Below are positions 54,701 through 64,000 of a stretch of DNA of 64,000 bases, in pieces (position 1 is the stretch's first letter; every line of letters starts with the position of its first letter). The stretch lies in assembly GCF_026571515.1 (NCBI RefSeq), contig NW_026860920.1, positions 62,001 through 126,000 of the forward strand, in the 5' to 3' direction. Under the pieces are notes generated by a model. That model was not told the origin of the DNA, searched no databases, and saw only the letters and a list, made by a program, of their open reading frames with translations. This DNA comes from Ruditapes philippinarum. Lineage: Eukaryota. A program made the position numbers and the translations under genes.

Positions 54701-57700
54701 TTTCATATAAAACAGAACAAATTTTTTTGTAGCTCTGAAGAAAAATTATTGGGTATTACAATTAACAGCACCTTGTCTTGGCAAAGCCATATTGATAATG
54801 CTATTAAAAATGTAACTAATTGTTACATTTTTATCACGTATAAAATTATTCATATCTATACCTGTACGTGCAATGTTTTACCATATCTTACCACATCTTG
54901 ATTATTGTTGCATAATTTACGGTTACTGTACGTCTTTTCTAGAAGATAAACTCATTAAGTTCCAAAAGAGAGCTGCAAGACTAATTCAAGACAAAGATTA
55001 TGACACTCCATCTGCTGAACATTTTTCGGAACTCCGCTGGATGACATTTTTACAGAGGGTTGTTTTTCAAAAAGCTATTATGATGTTTAAAATAATGAAT
55101 AATCAGGCGCCTTCCTATTAATTGAATAATTTCATTTTATCGTCAGATGTTCATACTCGCTTTTTGCGTTCAATGTCTGATTTTCAACTTAATACGCCTA
55201 GTCCAAATACTGAACAATTTCGTAAGTCTTTTGTTTATTCTGGATCTTGTATTTGGAAGGCCTTCCTGATTTTATTAAGTCTGCTACATCTGTGAACAAT
55301 TTTAAAACTTTATACTTGAGGTATTATCACACATTGATGTATACAAATTAATAATCTCCTGTATGTTTTAACATTTATGTCTTTTAATAGTTAATAATAT
55401 GTTAAATTTATATTGTTCCTTGTTGAGGGCCTCATGGAAGATTGATATGTTTGTTCAAATGAGTTCTCTCGTTAAATAAAGTCTTTATAATAATTATTAT
55501 TATTTATTTAGCGAAAGTAAAATGCTAAATAAAATAACATAATATAAAACCCGGCAACTTAAGCTTGATAAGTAGCGAAAAGTGAGGTCTCTTATTTGTC
55601 TTTTCATTATCATGTTAGAATTGAAATGACAACGAACTTGTTTGTGCTTATCTGTATATGACTTTCTGTCGCTTTGATGCGGACATTTTAAGACCTCCAG
55701 TTAACTGTCTTCGTGATCAATTACGACGCATCAAAACGACAGATAGGTCGTAAAAAACCTAAAGATACCTCTCAGACCGATATTGTTTCTTAAATATATA
55801 TATAAATGTCAAATTCCATGTGGCATGATAACAATAATGGACCAGTAAAATATACAGATTAATTCAAAACTTCATGTGACATGATATCAATAACGGACCC
55901 GTAAAATACACAACTTAATGCCAAAATCCAGGTGACATGATATCAACAATGGACCAGTAAAATATATAGAATTATGCCACAATCCATGTGACATGATATC
56001 AGTAATAGACCAGTAAAATATAGAGAATAATGCCACAATCCTTATGACATGATATCAATAATTGACAAGTAAAATAACAGATTAATGCCAAAGTCCACGT
56101 GACATGATATCAATAATGGACCACTAAAATATTCAGTTAAGTGCAAAAATCCATGCTATTAATTTAGCAATAACTATCAATGAAATAGTTCGCAATGTAA
56201 ATAAGAAAACAATTGTAATACCGTCAAGGGAATCATAGGTTATCCTGCTTTCAGTATCTATTCTATTTTGAAGTTGTTCGTAGGTATTCCTAAAAAAATA
56301 TTAGAAGATTTTGTAATGTGGTATTGCAAATTCGGCTAGGTTTAATATTATTCATCTTTTTATTACACTAATAATAATTATCATTTTGTAACAATTTGTT
56401 TATGTGTGAAATATGTATGTAATTCATCTTAATTATCTTTCATCATTAAGTGTATTTAATAATTAAGTATATTTAGATGTAAGTGGAAAAAAAACATTGA
56501 AAAAAAACAACAACAAAAAACAAAAAAGAAACAAACAATATCAAAAAAGAAACAAACATTATCATCTATCTTAAAAAAAATAAAATCGATAAATGATGGC
56601 TACTCACGGTGAAAGTGACGGAACATTTAATTCTGTTTCTCGTGTTGGCTGATGTTGATTTTGACTCTTCGGACCTGTTTTTAAAAAAATGGGTTATCAG
56701 TTTTTCTCATTTCTAAAACAAAATCTGGACTGTTTTATGAGCGTCAAAAACACAGATTTCGGTGTCATTAGTCTATTATTTTATCGAATATCTAGTTCAC
56801 ATCACGACCTTTCAAATACATTTTAACTTTTTAAAGTAAAATTCGAAAATCATAAATTGATATTTAACAAGTTAATTAAAAGTACCTGTTAATGTTCGTT
56901 TTCTATTTAAAATAACCAATGTGAAAACCACGCCAATAAGAACACCAACAATTAGTGAGGTAATGACAATCGCGGCGATAACTGCTGCTGATATACTTAT
57001 CTCGTTCCCATCTGCAATAACAATTGTATACACTTATTTCATGGGTGTTTGTGGAACGGTTGCCCCGAGGTATCAGGGATCACATTTTGAATGTTGCAAA
57101 TGGCATCCCTGATACCGAGGACACCAAACAACCATGCAATAATTATTTTATTTACTAAAACTTTGCAATCAAAAAAAAACAATTTATACTGTAACAACAT
57201 ACTAATAGCATTTTTACAACTGTTGTAATTTCCTACAGACGAACAACTACCGTACATTAAGCTGAGCGACGTTTGATAACAGAAATACCCTAAGACGTCG
57301 ACAGGGGTGAAGCAGTAAAATAATATTGGCAGGTCAACAGTTCATTCATCATTGCGCATGTACAGAATTTCAGCGTTCATTTAAACAGTTGTAAATTTAT
57401 AGAAGGGCATAAGGTCATAACACTATATAAGTCTCTTAACATACGTAGTACGCAGAGAGTTTATGAGGTAGATATTATTCTTACTTATTTACTAAGAAAT
57501 GATACCTAAACTATGTTAAGCTATACCTAATTTAATGCTATTATAACAGCTATAATTGGTAAAATGTTGTTTTCTTAATTTTATGATTGACTAACAAAAG
57601 AGTAATGTTTCTGTTTTTAAACTCACATGATTTATACGCTAACAGTATAAAATGTTCTTGAAGAAAATATTATGTTCCTATTTTAAGCAATGATTTTGTA

Positions 57701-59528
57701 CACGTGACATAAGCCAGTAAGGAAATATACTTACATATTTTCTTTTATACATGTATTTTGTTATTGTTCTTTTCATATTTTTTTTAACAGCAGGTAGCAT
57801 ATATAGCAAAGAGAAACGCATGCATTGAGAATTTATACAATGAGGATTCAAAGTCCTTTATTCGTGATAATTATTGTTGGTTGTTAAGATATATGGGGTC
57901 ATTTTAACTGCTGAGATACATATCAGAAAGTTCCTGAAAGAATTTGCAGCTGCAAATCTACAATAGGAGAGCATTGAAGTTATTGTTTTACCTGTTGTAA
58001 TCATAGTATTACCTGAATCTTCACTACATGGGTTATCTGTAAAAGAAAAGGTAGACTTAAATCTATGAATTATATATAAAACAGATGTACTGATTTTCAA
58101 ATAAAAACCTTATTTGTTTTTGTGCATACTTATACTTTTATTAATGCTATCCTTTGGCTTGTAATTATTCTAAAGGTTGTTAGATAAGAGGTCTGTGATT
58201 GGTTAATATATCTGTTATATTGAATCCTGAAGATGCTGTTCAACTTCAATTTTTATCGAAACTTACATATAAAAATTTGAAGGTATTCAAAATAGTCTTC
58301 ATTACGTAATGAGTAACGGACCTTTGATAGAGTCATAGGAGCTTTTTGGTCTATTTTCACATCTTTGTAGAATCCAACTAATCATACAAAAGGATGTTTC
58401 ATATCTGCGGATGTTTCTAAATTCAAATTTTCACTATTTCATGTTTAAATGTTGAATTCTGCTTAAGCCGGTGTTAGGGGGTGTGGACGGTAAATTGCAC
58501 TTTCCAGTACCGTCCATGAACAGGCTCAATCAAACCGAGCCTGCAACATTTTCAATTTTGTCGAGTTGGGCTTTCTTTATGGATTCTGTATTTATCTATC
58601 TTTTAATCCTTTTGTGCATGGGTAACAGCAAGTGATGTGCGTTATACGTCACGTTATAGAGTACTTAAAACTTGTTAACAACTGAAAAAGGGTAAAAGAG
58701 ATTTACCAATGTGGTGCAAAAACAAATGATACGATTTACTTAAGATTTCATAGTAGTTGAATGTGGATAAAATGTCAAGACGTTTAATATCTTTTACGCT
58801 TCTTAAAGTGACCTTTCCAAACCGCTTTAAAAACACAGATATATAAATCCTATAAACAATTTTAAAATTTAATTTATATTCATGTACATTGTATGTTTTC
58901 ATATTGAATTCATTCCGAAAATATTTTCAGAAAAGCTGACTATTTTGAATGTCAATGATCACATAAATTGTACAAATATGACAATTATTCATAGGTTTAT
59001 AAATGACAAGTTAAAATTAAAACGACTTTCTTTTGTTTAGCACTGACAATATATCTTACGTATCAGGTCATAATATTATCTTTTATACACAATTTATCTA
59101 TGTGATAGATAACTTACACACTTCAGTATAAAATCTCGGATTGTTTTCTGAGATATACGAGTTTCCATATGGATCTCCGCTAACTGTAACATAACACTCA
59201 AATGCCAGATTGTTATCCCTATTTGCATCAGCTGATGTTGTGTTGTATCTAATTGAAGCTACTCGTATATATCCACACTGATTGTCACTGATTGCAGAGC
59301 CCTCATCAAATGTACCTTGTGATGGTTGATATCCAATAAATTCATCATTTTGGGAAGTTTCAGATGTTCTATGCCATCGAATCATTGTTTGTGAAGAGCT
59401 TCCTATATTAGCAGTACATGTGAATTCCAACTCATCTCCTACGTAAGCAGTGGCCATGTCAGACGGTGACATTCCTTGTACAATGCAACCATTCTTCCTT
59501 GCAACTAATGATGTAACTTGTGGTTTAA
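48738..59528 (-). CDS. Copy C: paralogous Ig receptor, 5'-partial (exons 1-2 lie beyond the window end)
   Basis: Exons: 59118-59528 (Ig2), 57992-58036, 56886-57011 (TM: [35 protein letters not shown]), 56608-56674, 56222-56289 (NTYEQL..ITYDSL), 49034-49064, 48738-48816 (SQYESL..HTYAGL*). In frame, GT-AG. Sequence at 61830-64000 is colinear with copy B intron 2 (23590-25633). Confidence 0.82.
49238..49990. mobile_element. Tc1/mariner-type non-autonomous element (MITE)
   Basis: TIRs CGAGGTATGTTCAAAAAGTTCGTG and CACGAACTTTTTGAACAGCCCTCG, TA TSD. Empty site ATAACTA|TATTGC in copy D near 44667. Confidence 0.88.
50079..52007 (+). mobile_element. Internally deleted hAT DNA transposon
   Basis: TIRs CAAAGAATTCCCCAGG and CCTGGGGAATTCCCTG; TAATAG duplicated on both sides. 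Spliced hAT dimerisation-domain remnant [19 protein letters not shown]|[17 protein letters not shown] (51196-51540, GT-AG intron about 51255-51485). Confidence 0.85.
52362..53180. mobile_element. Non-autonomous insertion with internal inverted and direct repeats
   Basis: GAGTGCATTGTTG(T/C)AGAATAATGCACG at about 52386 and 53107, with an inverted copy near 52494. Absent at the paralogous site in copy D (about 45125). Confidence 0.6.
53286..55502 (+). mobile_element. Decayed 5'-truncated CR1/L2-group LINE in copy C intron 8
   Basis: [63 protein letters not shown]; AATAAA plus TAA/TTA-rich tail. Empty site visible in copy D near 45229. Confidence 0.92.
55812..56155. repeat. 56-bp VNTR, about 6 units (copy C intron 8)
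   Basis: Same unit as 45540-46200, at 55817, 55873, 55929, 55985, 56041 and 56097. Confidence 0.92.
58407..58597. repeat. Dispersed ~190-bp repeat family member (related copies at about 3040-3150, 3320-3365, 36230-36400, 37530-37670, 47290)
   Basis: Shared GCTTAAGCCGGTG(C/T)TAGGGGG and CAGGCTCAATCAAACCGAG motifs. Absent from the homologous site of copy B (about 21935). Confidence 0.7.
59118..59528 (-). CDS. Copy C exon 3: C-like Ig domain
   Basis: 411-nt exon inside ORF 59098..59592. About 81% aa identity to copy B Ig2 by manual count (26 differences in 138). Confidence 0.9.
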
Positions 59529-59989
59529 CTGTAAGGATTAATGCACATATTACAAAGTTTAAAAGCATTTTATCCTTAGGCCTACATCCCATATACTACA
59601 TTTGTACATCACATTACAAACGACATTAAATCACGATCTATATTTTTAATTTATATTTTATGTTCTTATTTTTAGAAACTTATGTCAGAAACTCACAATA
59701 CTTACTTTGCACCCCGTAATTAAATCTCATGTTGGGGGACAAAGAATCACCAAGATTGCAAACCGTAATATAATTAGATTTCTGATATATTCATTGTTTA
59801 ACACTCATCTTGTAATCAGATTTTTAACATGTTTACTCCATCCATAATTACCTGTAGCGCGGGCTTCTTGGTGTTAAACAAAAATAATTATTTAAATCAA
59901 ATCTAAATTAGAATCCTCCTTATGTAAGTCCTTTGAAGTCATAGATTTAAAAATTTAACCCAAATGATCCAATTAGAATTAATGATTTT

Positions 59990-60555
59990 TATGATTATTA
60001 TATAATCTATAAATAGCTTTGAAATGCCTTTCCCTGATTGGCTAACAAGCAACTTTTTGTAAAAAATAACAGGTCAGTATCAGAGTATATTCACTTTTTT
60101 TTCCCTAAAAATAGATTTTCAGATTATATTCACCGGTTTTTCTTCTAAAAATAGATTTTCTGGAAATCCCTAAAAACGCGAGACTTTGACATGACGTCAC
60201 GCCAAGTTTGTTGTTATTATTCTGGAAAAAAAAAACGTTGAGTGGGGTGTACATAAGAGTCAAATTAGTCTATTTTAGTTACCTTTTTACATTTTTAAGA
60301 GCAATAGGGATCAGCATGCCAATGGAAATGACCAAATTATGAAAACAGAAGACAAGCTAAAAAATAATGATTTCCGTCGTATGCAATGGCAGATGTGATA
60401 AGCCATATAAAAGATATTTATAAATTATATAATAAAACAGATATGTACTTTTTAGCTGTTGAATATGATGTGGCTATCGCCTCGGTCAATATTAATTTTT
60501 TCAGTACATATCACATCATATTCAGCAGCTAAAAAGTCCATATTTGTATAATATT
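59990..60555. mobile_element. Probable non-autonomous element ending in a 36-bp hairpin
   Basis: Inverted repeat 60437-60472 versus 60512-60547 (3 mismatches). Region has no counterpart in copy B intron 2. Confidence 0.5.
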
Positions 60556-61947
60556 CAACGGCCGCTTTCAAATAGCTATCGGGGTAGCTAGTTGATTTGA
60601 AATGTAACATTCACATGTTACTATGCAATTCAGGATTGCAATGCAATTCACTGCTGCTGTGGAGACCAATGGTTGAGAAGGGAATATTACAAAATTACGA
60701 AACTAAGGTTTAGAAATTTGTTCAAGATAGTTTCAATATGTAAATTCCTTATTGATTATTCTATAGAATATATATTTGCTAGAGTTAAGTTTAAGGGAAT
60801 ACTGATCATTTAGAAAAAATATATTTAAGTTTCTGCCTTATTGCGAGTTTAAATATCTTATTCTCACTATAATTTTGTGTATACCATATATTTATAAGAC
60901 CTCATTTTATAAAAGAATGTCTTAGATGTGCAATCAAAGAATCTTGTTTTCACATAAGATATTCATTTTATTTGACAGATTATACATGTATAATAATATC
61001 GATAATATCGTATAGAAGAATTGACAGTTTATTTTGTTGATGACCAAAATCGTGATTTTTGAATAAGAACATTGCTATTGTTTCATTTAATCCAATAGAT
61101 AACGGCAGTTGGATTGTAATCCATTTTTTCAGCCCCGTTAAAATAAGAATTGGTTAAATTGTCTAAAAGATGTATTTACAAAGTCGCCATTTAATACATC
61201 AATCTTCATAAATGTAAAAACGTGGGGTTTTCAACCGATTCAAATAAAATAACTCTATAGTCAGTGTAGAGTAATATGGATATCTTTGCATTGAAAGGTA
61301 CTTTAATTTAGTAACTTCTGTAAAGTTACTGCGCAGTTTAATCAAAATGTACAGAGTAGTTGAAAAGGAAGGAGATTGCTTAAATTTTTAGCTCTGACCT
61401 TATCAGACCAAATAACATTTATAATAAGCAAATTTTGTAAAGAACCAAAGGATCTTTCCTGAATAGTAATCAATCGGTTTAGGAGGATACGTTGTTAACA
61501 TAAAGATGATAACGACGGACGCCAAACACAAGATGATCAAAAACGCTAACCTTGGAAGCTAAAAGTATATCATGATAATAAAACCGAGGTTACATTATAT
61601 CAATATACATATATATGGTATTCATTTAACCTTAATATAGTTGGCGCCTGTCAATAACTGATATTTAAGCTCAGTCACGAACTTTTTTGAAAGGCAAATA
61701 GATATATTAGACAAGCAGGCTAGAAAACTTTTGCCAGACCTAACATGAACCTGTCGACTGAAATAAAAAAGGTACATAATTCTGCAGAAGAAGTAGCTTT
61801 TTATCGACATTATTTACTATGATATATTGTGAATCAATCAGTTGCTAGATAAAAACTTTTTCCAAGCGTACAATAATTATTGTTAAACCGCAACCAACTC
61901 ATCTACGTGCAATCCGTAAGCGGGCGTGTTTATAAATTTAATCAATA

Positions 61948-62320
61948 TGTTACAGGGTGAGAAAATGTGCAGCCTGACCGGGACTCAAACCCCGACCCTT
62001 CCGAATACCGTACCGCGGCTCTGCCGACTGAGCTATCCGGCCGCTTACACATCTTCTCCCTAAATAGTGGACAGTTCTGAACCGTGACATACTCCCATGC
62101 TATATTTAAATTCGTCCTCGAATTTCGCAGAGTTAAAGAGCAATGTAAATTCTGAGCTACATTCAGTCAAGGCCCCACGTTGGGCGCCAAATGTCACAGG
62201 GTAAGTAAAATGTGCAGCCTGACCGGGACTCGAAACCGGATCCTCGGGCTCTTCCGACTGAGCTATCCGGCGGCTTACACATCTTCTCCCCTAAATAGTG
62301 AACAGTTCTGAACCGTGACA
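61948..62320 (-). mobile_element. TRIM (miniature LTR retrotransposon) with tRNA-derived LTRs, Helenus-like
   Basis: TG..CA direct repeats at 61948-62089 and 62192-62320; 102-bp internal part; PBS TGGCGCCCAACGTGGGGC (minus strand of 62172-62189); short purine tract GGGAGTA before the 3' LTR; AATA TSD at 61944-61947 and 62321-62324; empty site in copy B near 23695. Confidence 0.92.
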
Positions 62321-63225
62321 AATACTTACAAAATAAAACGTTGCAACGTTTTAAAATTACAGCATGATAAACATTTTAAATACTTTAAGTATAATTTGAT
62401 TTTTTACGTCGTACAAGACATGTATTCATCATCTAGTGCCATTTAAGCACAAGCCTCTGGTGAAATTTTATTTTTCGATTACATTTTATTTGAAAAACGC
62501 TCAAAATACATTGCGTGGAATAGTAGCTTTAATGCATTTAATTTAATACATATACCAGATTTAATAACTCTGTGTAATGTTATCTGTATTTACTCACCAT
62601 ATATCACATTTCAAAAACCAATAAATTATGAAAACAAAGATCAACAAGGGCATATAAAACTGCATATTCAAAAAATATCCCTTATTATTTATTGGTCATA
62701 GTTTATTATCAAAAAGAATTATGTAAGGCATATACATTGCGTTGAACTAAAATTTTCAAATTACTTATTCATTATACATTTAGACGCATTTTTTATATTA
62801 GGGTACGCGATTCAACATGAAACAAGCGTGAAACCTTGCAATAAGAAAATTTTGCATACTGTCAGACATTTAAAATTAAATGTATCTGATAGCTTTTTAT
62901 CCTCAAGCCTGCGTAAGGGCTTTATGTTTAAAATATAAAATTAGGTACTTCCCTTGACGCAGAAAGTCCTTATGATTTAATAATAAATACACAATTTTAA
63001 ATATATAAACCAAATATGTCTTTGACTTTGTAAATAATGAGTAAACGCAGGTATTTTGTACCGTTAATTAGATCCGAATGAATTGGTGGTGTAAAACCTA
63101 TCAACGAAATTTTCCGAGTTTTTCCGAATATCTTTCCGCTATGTTCATTAATCTCTATTCAGAGTTGCTGTTTTTACGTTATTTAAACGTGATGATTTAT
63201 TAAAATTGATTTTAAAAAGTAATCA

Positions 63226-63770
63226 CTTTATATAAATAATCGTTAGTCCATTCCTTATTAATGATTATCATAATTATTTTCTGAATTCAACATCATACTT
63301 CTAACGGAAATGTAATTTAGGACAACATATAGAATGTGTGGGCGCTTTTCTTACATATTTTCTTTTCAAAGGAACTCCACTGAGGTTTATAAGCATAAAA
63401 AATATTTTTTTAATTGTTCACATACATAAACATGAGCACTTAAAACAGAAATATAAATAAAATATAACCAAGAAATGTACAAGAAATACATTGAAAATCA
63501 TATATTTGTGCTATTCTCAGTCCGATTTGAGTGAAAAGCGTTTAAACGCTTTTCAATTTTGGGTCATTTTTCACTATTATAATAATTATTCTGGAAAAAC
63601 GGGGCGAGCTAATGATCTGAAATTTTAAATATCTTTATATAAATAATCGTTACTCCATTCCTTATTAATGATTATCATGATTATTTACTGAATTCAACAT
63701 CATACTTCCAACGGAAATGTAATTTAGGACAAAATATAGAATGTGTGGGCGCTTTTCTTACATATTTTCT
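63226..63770. repeat. Local direct duplication of about 140 bp (63226-63365 and 63630-63770)
   Basis: CTTTATATAAATAATCGTTA..TCAACATCATACTTC..GTGTGGGCGCTTTTCTTACATATTTTCTTT occurs twice. Confidence 0.85.
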
Positions 63771-64000
63771 TTCGGAAATCTAAATATAGCTCAAATATAA
63801 AACCAGTCCAAGTTTTTAAAAAATGCGGCCATTAGCTTACTCAAACATGTTAGAATTTCATTTAGATGTATTAATTAATTTTGATGTGATTTCAATTTAA
63901 CTTTTACAGGTCATCATACTTATAATCTAACAGGGCTACAGACTTACCGATGTGATATTTGCCTGTCATATCCGACGCCTATCACATAGTTTGCAGTCCC

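Noticed and set aside
61969-62044. Functional tRNA gene
   Set aside because: The anticodon arm is non-canonical and the sequence is embedded in both LTRs of a TSD-flanked element.

Overview
AT-rich, intron-containing animal DNA, probably from a bivalve mollusc (inferred from the repeat types, not proven). The window holds a tandem cluster of minus-strand paralogues encoding type-I membrane immunoglobulin-superfamily receptors. Their layout is signal peptide, V-like Ig, C-like Ig, S/T stalk, TM, then a tail with four YxxL motifs arranged as two ITAM-like pairs that overlap ITIM-consensus sites. Exons were rebuilt by hand from GT-AG sites, phases and paralogue comparison. Copy B (16446-26944) is intact, about 450 aa. 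Copy C (48738-59528 and beyond) is intact in the window, with its first two exons off the right edge. Copy A (1553-10917) is disrupted only after the V-domain core. Copy D (about 41165-46353) is an orphan, disabled tail-only module. Introns and spacers carry many insertions that can be mapped against empty sites in paralogues: two decayed LINEs, a hAT remnant with a 6-bp TSD, a mariner-type MITE, a 3-kb TIR element, tRNA-derived SINEs, Helentron/HINE-like satellite carriers, VNTRs, and a complete tRNA-derived-LTR TRIM (Helenus-like) with a tRNA-Lys PBS and 4-bp TSD.
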